Shown here: positions 1 through 7,172 of the stretch, in pieces
How positions within the stretch are numbered: position 1 is the stretch's first letter
Layout of the letters: each line of letters begins with the position of its first letter
DNA from: Candidatus Thalassarchaeaceae archaeon
GTDB lineage: Archaea > Thermoplasmatota > Poseidoniia > Poseidoniales > Thalassarchaeaceae
Length of the DNA stretch: 12,039 nucleotides
Assembly: GCA_030747675.1 (NCBI GenBank)
Contig: JASLKH010000065.1
Coordinates: 1-12,039, forward strand
Direction: 5' to 3'
Made by a program: the position numbers and the translations under genes
Notes under the pieces: generated by a model
The model's database searches: none
Told to the model about the DNA's origin: nothing
The model's input: only the letters and a program-made list of their open reading frames with translations

Positions 1-2
1 CA

Positions 3-2321
3 ATGTCAGCAAACACGTCAATGACGAATTGGTTGCCTAATGGCACTGGTATCGTAACTTTCACAGTCCATAATGCAGGTTCTGCTGAAGCAGAGTCGAT
101 TTATTCGATTTCTTCAACAGGGGTATGTACCGGCACATTGAGCGCCAATGATGCAGATGGATCACGATTGTTGACGGGTAGTAACGAACATGTTGACATC
201 AGCGTGAACATCAGTAATTCTGCAAGTGAAGGTGATGTTTGCAATCTTACATTATTTGCTTGGGAAGAGATTGGTGAACACAATTACACGCATTCATATC
301 CTCTTCTAATTGGCGCGGCTCATCAAATATATTTGGAGAATATCACATCTTTAGAAATAAGCCCTGGTAATTCGGCATCTGGCATAGTAACAATTCGAAA
401 CTTAGGTACCGAAGAGAACTCAATTCGAATAACTGCATCTGCAAATAATTTAGAAATCAATACAAGTTCGACCTTTGTTCCTGTATCTTCGGGAGAAAGT
501 ATTGATTTGAGTTGGTCTACATTTGTAAGCACCAATACAGAATTTGTGGGTGAACAGATTATTTCCTTCACAGCATCGACACAAGACGGTCATGCCGAAA
601 TTAACTTCACTAGCATTGTTGATATTTCACCTTGGTCATCGCTTAGAATGTCAGGCCCTCTCGGTGGAACATTTACTGTAGGCTCTGATTCACCAGCGGT
701 AGTAACCATGGTGCTTACCAATGATGGAACTGGTTCAGCCAATGCTACTCTTGATTGGAGTGGGGTGCCACCAGGTTTCCTCATTACGCCAGGAAATGAA
801 ACAACAGTCAATCTCACAAATGATTCAGAAATTCCAATTCTAGTTGAGATTGATAGTAGTCTTACAACAGGATCTTATGCATTCACCATCATAGCCAAGA
901 ACCCTGAAAATGGCCAAATTTGGGATACTGTTGCTTTGGAAGCACAAGTGAACCAACGGGCTGAGGTGCGGCTATTGGTTGCAAGTAATTCATTGCCCGT
1001 ATCCAGCCTTGCAGATTCTTCATTTACAGTCACAGTAATTAATGATGGGAATGAAGTTGATACATTCTCATTGAGTTTGGAAGGTGCTTCTGGTTTTGAT
1101 GTCAGTATATCTCCCCAAACAATCCAATTGGGCCAGAGTCAGAGTGGAGACGTCACAGTCACTTTACGTCGTACTGGTGCACAGGGAGACGTCACTATGA
1201 TTCTTACTGGTACTAGCCAAAGTGATAGTACAGTAACAAATTCTCTGAATATTACAGCGACTTACCCCAATGTGGAAGTCCGCTCGACTATAGCAACGAC
1301 TGCGACCCAAGTGAGTGCCGAAGGCCAAATCTCTATCACTCTCTTCCTTGAAAATCGTGGTGAGGCCGAAGACACTCTACTCTTAACCGGGCCCACCGGA
1401 TTCGCATGTAATCACCCCTCACAAATTACTCTTGATGCCGGAGCTCCCGCAAGTAGTTACACAGTCACCTGCAATCCGAATGCAGATCTCTTGGCGGGGG
1501 TGCATTGGCTTAATTTCACTGCGACATCCCTAGCAGACGCGACTGAATTTTCAACATCTTCAGCACAAATTGAAGTTTTACCCGCTCGTACTGCTACAGG
1601 AAACCCAATAATTTCCATAGAGTTCACTGGTGACAATTGGGAATTGCCTTGGAATAGTTCTGCAACCTTCACTGTGTTGGTCACAAACAATGGAAATGAA
1701 AGGGTCACAGGATTCCTTTTGCTTACAGGAGAGCATGCTTTGGACATGTATCCTGAATGGGCTCTTGTTGAATCGGGGCAATCTATAACAGTATTTTCAG
1801 TAGGGCCAGGAGCATCTTCAACATATTCGCTTTCAATCCGACCAGTAGGAAGAGCTGATGTTGGTACAGTTGACTTGAGGATTGAGGCCTCAGGAACACT
1901 TGACGATGGCCATGGATATTCTATTCCAAGCAACACTGTACAAATCACTGTAGAACACGAACCAGAGGAACCGACGGAGGCAGTTTTGTGGAAGGGTGGC
2001 CCGATGGTCAATGCGGCGAATTTAGCTATTGCAATGCTTTCAGGATGGATTTTCGCGGGACTTCTAATTTTGTGGATACGTCGTGGTTCCCGTAAGCGAC
2101 AAGACAAAATCATCAGTGATGCTTGGGCAGATACAGAAGATGAAGTGGAAAAAGATGATGATCTCAAGGATGGAGAGGTGCGAGGAGATGAAGATGGAAC
2201 CGCACGATGCCATTCTTGTGATTCTAGAATCCGACTTCCTGCGGATAAAGAACCACCCTTCCGATTCAAGTGCCCAACATGCAGCACAATGAATCGTGTA
2301 GTGGAACCGCGTGAGGACTAG
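3..2321 (+). CDS. Large cell-surface protein, probably 5'-truncated: at least 6 tandem Ig-like (NEW3/CARDB/COG1470-type) beta-sandwich repeats, C-terminal TM anchor, acidic linker and cytoplasmic C4 zinc ribbon
   Basis: 772-aa ORF open to the left window edge with no signal peptide at the first ATG, so the true start is probably upstream. Motif 'hydrophobic strand-N-x-G' recurs at nt 72, 399, 720, 1041, 1353 and 1686 (HNAG, RNLG, TNDG, INDG, ENRG, TNNG; spacing 104-111 aa). Ser/Thr-rich with about 15 N-x-S/T sequons. TM LAIAMLSGWIFAGLLILWI is followed by RRGSRKR (positive-inside), then CHSC-x17-CPTC at 2208-2282. Confidence 0.85.
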   Translation: MSANTSMTNWLPNGTGIVTFTVHNAGSAEAESIYSISSTGVCTGTLSANDADGSRLLTGSNEHVDISVNISNSASEGDVCNLTLFAWEEIGEHNYTHSYPLLIGAAHQIYLENITSLEISPGNSASGIVTIRNLGTEENSIRITASANNLEINTSSTFVPVSSGESIDLSWSTFVSTNTEFVGEQIISFTASTQDGHAEINFTSIVDISPWSSLRMSGPLGGTFTVGSDSPAVVTMVLTNDGTGSANATLDWSGVPPGFLITPGNETTVNLTNDSEIPILVEIDSSLTTGSYAFTIIAKNPENGQIWDTVALEAQVNQRAEVRLLVASNSLPVSSLADSSFTVTVINDGNEVDTFSLSLEGASGFDVSISPQTIQLGQSQSGDVTVTLRRTGAQGDVTMILTGTSQSDSTVTNSLNITATYPNVEVRSTIATTATQVSAEGQISITLFLENRGEAEDTLLLTGPTGFACNHPSQITLDAGAPASSYTVTCNPNADLLAGVHWLNFTATSLADATEFSTSSAQIEVLPARTATGNPIISIEFTGDNWELPWNSSATFTVLVTNNGNERVTGFLLLTGEHALDMYPEWALVESGQSITVFSVGPGASSTYSLSIRPVGRADVGTVDLRIEASGTLDDGHGYSIPSNTVQITVEHEPEEPTEAVLWKGGPMVNAANLAIAMLSGWIFAGLLILWIRRGSRKRQDKIISDAWADTEDEVEKDDDLKDGEVRGDEDGTARCHSCDSRIRLPADKEPPFRFKCPTCSTMNRVVEPRED

Positions 2322-3127
2322 TGTCGTTCGGCAATTAGTAAGAATGCGGTATGCCCCATTGGTGTATTTCCTGGACGAACTCCGCCACGACTTGCTTTAG
2401 TCCACACTCGTTCAATTATTTCTCCAGCCCAATCTATTTCGAGACCAAGTTCTTCACAGGTAGTCCAAGCTCGTTCCAATTGACTTGATACGGGACAATA
2501 ACAGGCTAATCGTCCTCCTTTGCGCAGAAGACTGCTAACGCTAGGAATGGCTAACCAAGGTTCAGGTAAATCAAGAATAATTGCATCCAGTTCACCTACC
2601 AATTCTTGTATTGATAATACGACATCATCTGAAGCAACATCGCCTTCAAGAAGAGTCCAAGTGGGGAATTCAGGTAATGAACCTGAAGCCCGCATCATAT
2701 TCTCATGTCCTACTTCAGCATGTTCAGGACGATTTTCAACTGAAATTAAATTTCCACTTGAGCCTAGTACATTTGCCAGATGGAGTGCGAGACCCCCTGA
2801 CCCGTGACCGGCTTCGAGAACATTTTGTCCACTTCCTATTCCCATCCATGCAAGCAAAAATCCTGCATCCTTTGGATTGATGATTTGTGCTCTTCTCTTC
2901 ATTCCTTTCCTTAATTCTGGTAGTCCGGCATTAAATAAAGTGAAAGCCTTTTGTCCAATCACTATTCGATCACCTATTTTCGATTCGTTTAGGACACTAT
3001 TTGGGTTAAATCTTCCAATCCCCTTTACTTTGACTTCTTTGTCAGATAGAGGGACAATATATGTCCGTCCATCAGATTCGCGTAGAGCAATGAATTGGGA
3101 ATTATTCCCCTTGTTATTTTCTGTCAT
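2318..3127 (-). CDS. trmI: tRNA (adenine57/58-N1)-methyltransferase TrmI (GCD14 family)
   Basis: AQIINPKD (family T/P-Q-I-x-Y-PKD), SAM-binding motif I VLEAGHGSGGL, DAIILDLPEPW (DxPxPW), YCP..QL and C-terminal RP...MGHTAFLLIAER. All match TrmI/Gcd14 motifs in the correct order and length. Confidence 0.93.
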   Translation of the reverse strand: MTENNKGNNSQFIALRESDGRTYIVPLSDKEVKVKGIGRFNPNSVLNESKIGDRIVIGQKAFTLFNAGLPELRKGMKRRAQIINPKDAGFLLAWMGIGSGQNVLEAGHGSGGLALHLANVLGSSGNLISVENRPEHAEVGHENMMRASGSLPEFPTWTLLEGDVASDDVVLSIQELVGELDAIILDLPEPWLAIPSVSSLLRKGGRLACYCPVSSQLERAWTTCEELGLEIDWAGEIIERVWTKASRGGVRPGNTPMGHTAFLLIAERH

Positions 3128-3141
3128 TTTAGCACGTCCTG

Positions 3142-3153
3142 GTTCCTAGGAAC
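3142..3153. repeat. Perfect 12-bp palindrome GTTCCTAGGAAC, 14 bp upstream of the trmI start
   Basis: Read directly from the sequence; function unknown. Confidence 0.6.
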
Positions 3154-3241
3154 ACAATCTCGTGATGGAGATACCGACCCTGAGGCGGCTGAGTGATAAC
3201 CTTGCGAACACGGCTTAGCGTATCAAACCAATTATTGGTCA

Positions 3242-3249
3242 TTTATTAT
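3242..3249 (+). promoter_or_regulatory. Candidate archaeal TATA box (TTTATTAT) for lonB
   Basis: Best TTTA(A/T)-type element on the + strand of the divergent intergenic region, about 100 nt upstream of the lonB ATG. It lies between a 13-bp palindrome and a 30-bp inverted repeat. Confidence 0.4.
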
Positions 3250-3279
3250 CGCCCATGGGGGCTATAGCCCCCTTGGGCG
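3250..3279. repeat. 30-bp near-perfect GC-rich inverted repeat CGCCCATGGGGGCTA|TAGCCCCCTTGGGCG
   Basis: 14 of 15 positions are complementary, with a single T/T mismatch (3256/3273). As RNA it forms a 13-position stem with a UAUA loop, followed by CATTTTG on the + strand. Confidence 0.85.
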
Positions 3280-3345
3280 CATTTTGAATCCATACCGCAC
3301 ATTAAAGGAGGTGGCCGGGTCCGAGAGATTGGAAGAGGTGTGGCT

Positions 3346-5424
3346 ATGTCGGTCGATGATTCCCATGATGTTGATGATGGAATTACTGATGAAGCAGCAG
3401 TCATCGAAGGTATCGACCAACCTGTGGCCGATGAATCTCAGTTTGGGATGGGCACAATTGTTGAAGGGGCAAATGATCCCTTAGTCGAAGAAAGTGTTGA
3501 TGAATGGCTTGAAGGGATTTCGTTTGAATCAACAGAGGACGTCCCCATTCCTGAGCGTTTAGTTGACCAAGTTATTGGTCAAGAAGATGCGGCGATTGTA
3601 ATTCGAAAGGCTGCAGAACAACGGCGCCACATGTTGATGATTGGGGACCCTGGTACGGGGAAGAGTATGCTGGCCAAAGCCATGACAGAACTCATGCCTT
3701 CAGAGTCAATGGAAGATACAATGTGTTATCCGAATGATGATGATGATAATGAACCCCGAATTCGTACTGTTCCTGCAGGCCGAGGTGATAGGATTGTCAA
3801 AGATCGTCGTGCGCAACTCCGCGAGCAACGTGAACGCACTAGTCGGACATTGATGTTCATTGCATTGTTAATTGGTGCAGCCCTATTACTAGCTACAATC
3901 CAATCTGGCGATATTGTGATGTTACTATTTGGAATGTTCATCCTGGCCTTTGGATACATGTTCATCAAAAATCGACTTGTGTCAGGTGATGAGGCAAGAA
4001 TCCCCAAATTATTGGTTAAACGTAAGAGGGGCGAACTACCTCCATTTATTGATGCAACCGGAACATTAGCGGGGAGCCTTCTTGGCGATGTTCGACATGA
4101 CCCCTTCCAATCAGGTGGTATGGAAACTCCAGCACATGAACGTGTTGAAGCTGGTGCGATTCACAAGGCCCATGGCGGTGTTTTGTTTATTGATGAGATT
4201 AACCTTCTCCGATTGGAGGAGCAACAGGCATTGCTTACTGCAATGCAGGAGCGCGCTTTTCCAATTTCAGGGCGTTCCGAACGAAGCAGTGGTGCCTTGA
4301 CTAAAACTGAACCAGTCCCCTGTGATTTTATTTTAGTAGCTGCAGGGAACTTAGATGCAGTTCAGCACATGCACCCTGCTTTGCGAAGTCGTGTGCGAGG
4401 TTATGGTTACGAGGTGTATGTCAATAGTACAATGAGAGATACAGCAAGAAACCGCCGCCGTTTAATCAGATTCATAGCTCAAGAGGTGCGGAATGAACAA
4501 AAGAAGAGACTTGGAAATCCAATTCCACAATTTGATCGTTCAGCAGTAGGAGTAATTCTTCGGGAAGCACAACGACGTTCAGGTCGCCGAGGGAAACTAA
4601 CTCTACGACTTAGGGAATTAGGTGGTCTAGTCCGCATTGCAGGAGACCTTGCTTGCGAAGAAAATGCTCCCCTCACTTCTGCACGACATGTGCTAGGTGC
4701 GCGAAGGATAGCACGTCCTCTTGAACAGCAAGTAGCAGATAGAATGATCGAACATCGCCAAGATTACGCTTTGTTAGTAAATTCTGGCGAGCGTGTTGGA
4801 CGTGTGAATGGCCTCGCTGTGTTGGGTGCAGATAGCGGTATGTCAGATTTCAGTGGAATCATGCTCCCCGTCGAAGCTCTTGTTACACCTACACAATCAA
4901 AATCAGGGTCTGTTTTCGCTACAGGTGGCCTATCTGACCTTGCTAAGGAAAGCGTCACAAATGTAAGTGCAGTGATTAAGAAATTAACAGGGAAGAATGT
5001 AGCTGATTATGATATTCATATTCAGTTTGTAGATACTCATGGCGTGGACGGAGATAGTGCAAGTATCACTATTGCAACTGCTATAATTTCAGCATTTGAA
5101 GATATCCCGATAGATCAAAATTTAGCGATGACAGGTTCGCTTTCTGTACGCGGAGAGGTATTACCAATAGGTGGTGTTACTGCGAAGATTGAGGCGGCGG
5201 CTAAGAGTGGAATTAACAAAGTAATCATCCCCCGTGCCAATCTCAAGGATGTATTGATTGATGATCAGTACAAAGACCAGGTGGAAGTTATCGCAGTAGA
5301 TACTCTAGATGAGGTAATGGAAAATGCCCTTGTGTCAAATGAAAACAAGAGTTCTTTGGTCGAACGCTTGGGTTCGGTAATCGATCGTTTGACTCCAAAC
5401 CCTAGTGGCCAACCCTCTGCTTGA
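3346..5424 (+). CDS. lonB: ATP-dependent protease LonB (archaeal membrane-anchored Lon)
   Basis: DQVIGQ, Walker A GDPGTGKS, two-TM insertion (LMFIALLIGAALLLA...VMLLFGMFILAFGYMFI), GDVRHDPFQSGG, AIHKAHGGVLFIDEI (Walker B), HPALRSRVRGYG, and the LonB catalytic dyad GVDGDSAS (Ser) ... GGVTAKIEAA (Lys). ATG 3346 is chosen over GTG 3340 because SD GAGGTG (3335-3340) sits 5 nt upstream. No intein is visible. Confidence 0.97.
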   Translation: MSVDDSHDVDDGITDEAAVIEGIDQPVADESQFGMGTIVEGANDPLVEESVDEWLEGISFESTEDVPIPERLVDQVIGQEDAAIVIRKAAEQRRHMLMIGDPGTGKSMLAKAMTELMPSESMEDTMCYPNDDDDNEPRIRTVPAGRGDRIVKDRRAQLREQRERTSRTLMFIALLIGAALLLATIQSGDIVMLLFGMFILAFGYMFIKNRLVSGDEARIPKLLVKRKRGELPPFIDATGTLAGSLLGDVRHDPFQSGGMETPAHERVEAGAIHKAHGGVLFIDEINLLRLEEQQALLTAMQERAFPISGRSERSSGALTKTEPVPCDFILVAAGNLDAVQHMHPALRSRVRGYGYEVYVNSTMRDTARNRRRLIRFIAQEVRNEQKKRLGNPIPQFDRSAVGVILREAQRRSGRRGKLTLRLRELGGLVRIAGDLACEENAPLTSARHVLGARRIARPLEQQVADRMIEHRQDYALLVNSGERVGRVNGLAVLGADSGMSDFSGIMLPVEALVTPTQSKSGSVFATGGLSDLAKESVTNVSAVIKKLTGKNVADYDIHIQFVDTHGVDGDSASITIATAIISAFEDIPIDQNLAMTGSLSVRGEVLPIGGVTAKIEAAAKSGINKVIIPRANLKDVLIDDQYKDQVEVIAVDTLDEVMENALVSNENKSSLVERLGSVIDRLTPNPSGQPSA

Positions 5425-5431
5425 GAGCAGA

Positions 5432-5452
5432 CTTATTCACTAATCGAATAAG
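5432..5452. promoter_or_regulatory. Inverted repeat CTTATTC-N7-GAATAAG overlapping the candidate TATA of the MFS gene (possible operator or lonB terminator hairpin)
   Basis: Perfect 7-bp arms in the 36-bp lonB/MFS spacer. TTATT lies about 24-28 nt upstream of ATG 5461. Confidence 0.5.
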
Positions 5453-5460
5453 CGTGAGTC

Positions 5461-6792
5461 ATGGGTTCAGAGAGCAATGCTCGTGGGAGCATGAGTATTT
5501 TGTTTCTCGTTGTACTAATTGATATGATTGGATTTACCTTAGTGATTCCATTTCTAACATATTTTATTCAGGACCTCGCTCATGGTGATGGCTTTACAGA
5601 CATAGGTACACGAGATAGGTGGGTAGGGATTGTTCTTGCAGCATACACATTTGGACAATTCATATTCACTCCAATTTTGGGGACTTTGTCAGATAGTGTT
5701 GGGAGGCGACCAATCATACTATTTGGTTTGATTTCAAATACTATTTTTCTCATATCCTTCGGATTGTCTGGAAGTCTTTGGTTCGCATTACTTGTTAGAT
5801 TTCTTGCTGGTGCAGGCAATGGGAATATTGCCGTTGCACGCGCGTATGTAGGCGACATCAGTACACCTGAGCAAACTGCAGGGAGAATGGGGTTGATTGG
5901 GGCTGCTTTCGGTTTAGGTTTCATGATTGGACCTTTTATTGGAGGCGTTCTAACAGATCCGGCCACTTCCTTTGGAGGATTTTTCGATACCGAATGGTGG
6001 AAATCACATCCATATTTTTTACCATGTTTATTTGCAGGTTCTTTGTCTGCCACCTCTTTTGTATTTGCTTTACGTTATTTACCAGAGAGTTTACCTCTTC
6101 AATCTAGAACTGTAATTGACAGTAATGCTCCAAAAGGATTCAAGAGAGTTCTCAATAATTTACTCGGTGTTCGTGATTTAAATCCTCAAATTAGGACACT
6201 AATTTTGGTTAATGCCCTCTTCTTACTGTCATTTACAATGATGCATGCAACATTCATATTATTCACTGGGATGGAAATAGTAAATGGTGGTTTAGGGTAT
6301 GATGCATATCAAAACGGACTCATATTTGCATATGTTGGGCTGATTGGAGTTATTGTGCAAGGAGGATTAATTCGTCCGTTAGTGAGGCGCTACAACCCTC
6401 GCCATTTGATGGTCATGGGGATTTTTATTTGTGGAATTGGACTGGGATGGATACCTTATCTTGAGCCCACTCCTTTTGCAATAGGATTAGTGGCAATGAC
6501 ATGTATAGCAGTTGGAAACGGTTTGTTCCAACCTACTCAAAATACCTTAATCACATTTGAAGCCAGATTCCAGCAACTAGATTTGGGGCGGGTAATGGGT
6601 GCACAAGAAGGGTTTGGTGCCCTTTCTCGAGTCATAGGCCCGGTTTTTGCAGCCTTTGTTTGGGCAGAAACAGTTGATGGAACTGGATTTTGGACCTATC
6701 ACACTGTTTTTCGAATATGTGCAATAATAATGGCCTTTGCAATTATTGCTCAAATCAGAATGAAATTAAGCATGAATTCTGAAGAAGAATAA
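5461..6792 (+). CDS. MFS transporter, DHA1 (TetA/multidrug:H+ antiporter-like) family
   Basis: About 12 hydrophobic segments; TM1 LIDMIGFTLVIP, motif A GTLSDSVGRRPII, motif B LVRFLAG, AYVGDIS, antiporter motif C GAAFGLGFMIGPFIGG, C-terminal GRVMG...ALSRVIGP. The start could alternatively be ATG 5491. Substrate cannot be determined from sequence. Confidence 0.92.
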   Translation: MGSESNARGSMSILFLVVLIDMIGFTLVIPFLTYFIQDLAHGDGFTDIGTRDRWVGIVLAAYTFGQFIFTPILGTLSDSVGRRPIILFGLISNTIFLISFGLSGSLWFALLVRFLAGAGNGNIAVARAYVGDISTPEQTAGRMGLIGAAFGLGFMIGPFIGGVLTDPATSFGGFFDTEWWKSHPYFLPCLFAGSLSATSFVFALRYLPESLPLQSRTVIDSNAPKGFKRVLNNLLGVRDLNPQIRTLILVNALFLLSFTMMHATFILFTGMEIVNGGLGYDAYQNGLIFAYVGLIGVIVQGGLIRPLVRRYNPRHLMVMGIFICGIGLGWIPYLEPTPFAIGLVAMTCIAVGNGLFQPTQNTLITFEARFQQLDLGRVMGAQEGFGALSRVIGPVFAAFVWAETVDGTGFWTYHTVFRICAIIMAFAIIAQIRMKLSMNSEEE

Positions 6793-6819
6793 ATGCAATT
6801 ATGATTCTTTACTTAGCAA

Positions 6820-7095
6820 TCAGGAGTGAAGATCACCAAGCATTTGTTCTAATGCTGTATTTATCTGTAAAATTAGCGTGCCGAACTCCATAGGAATGTT
6901 CGGGTCTTCGTATAATTCTTCCAATTTCGCCTGTGTGATAGCAATTCGGACATCCATCTGTTTTGATTTATTTTTCAACCACTTTTCGATGGTATCTTTT
7001 GCCCCTTTTCTTATGTTTCTCGGGACCTTTGGGTCATCTAATTGCTCAATTACAGTTGCAATTTGCTCGATCCGCTTTTCTATTTCGATAGTCAT
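6820..7095 (-). CDS. UPF0147 family small archaeal protein (91 aa)
   Basis: DDPKVPRNIRKGA and EELYEDPNIPM...INTALEQM match the UPF0147 signature (D..VPRNIR..A; D.N.P). Start moved from the track's 7170 to ATG 7095, which has SD GGAGGGTG (7101-7108) 5 nt upstream. Confidence 0.85.
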   Translation of the reverse strand: MTIEIEKRIEQIATVIEQLDDPKVPRNIRKGAKDTIEKWLKNKSKQMDVRIAITQAKLEELYEDPNIPMEFGTLILQINTALEQMLGDLHS

Positions 7096-7143
7096 GTGAA
7101 CACCCTCCGAACTGCGGCTCGTATCGTTGGGGGGCCACGCTTG

Positions 7144-7150
7144 CTTTAAG
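7144..7150. promoter_or_regulatory. Candidate TATA element CTTTAAG in the UPF0147/peptidase divergent spacer
   Basis: TTTAAG on + ends 22 nt before ATG 7173 (leaderless geometry). The reverse strand reads CTTAAAG about 35 nt upstream of the UPF0147 SD. Confidence 0.4.
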
Positions 7151-7172
7151 GCGATTTCCCGTGCCAGCACTG

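Noticed and set aside
1457-2287. 276-aa antisense ORF and other minus-strand ORFs within 101-1781
   Set aside because: They lie entirely antisense to the well-supported surface protein, are Ser-rich shadow translations, and have no recognisable motifs.
2520-3149. Plus-strand ORFs 2520-2807, 2581-2880 and 2877-3149
   Set aside because: They are antisense to trmI, which has complete family motifs.
3257-3330. tRNA-Ala-like gene suggested by GGGGGCTATAGC and TTGAATCCC
   Set aside because: After GGGGCTATAGC the sequence folds back on itself instead of forming a D-arm. No anticodon arm, TTCGA T-loop or acceptor-stem complement can be built.
3284-3484. 66-aa TTG-start ORF overlapping the lonB 5' end (possible leader peptide)
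   Set aside because: It overlaps lonB out of frame by about 140 nt, has no SD at proper spacing before its TTG, and shows no recognisable features.
5461-6792. Calling the MFS gene tetA (tetracycline resistance)
   Set aside because: The motifs support only the DHA1 family. Specificity cannot be read from them, and there is no tetR or mobile-element context.
6820-7170. Longer 116-aa version of UPF0147 and 376-aa version of the pilin-LTD gene as given in the ORF track
   Set aside because: The extensions run through promoter-like spacers (the first also overlaps the divergent gene's GTG), while internal ATGs at 7095 and 11526 have clear SD motifs and give family-typical N-termini.
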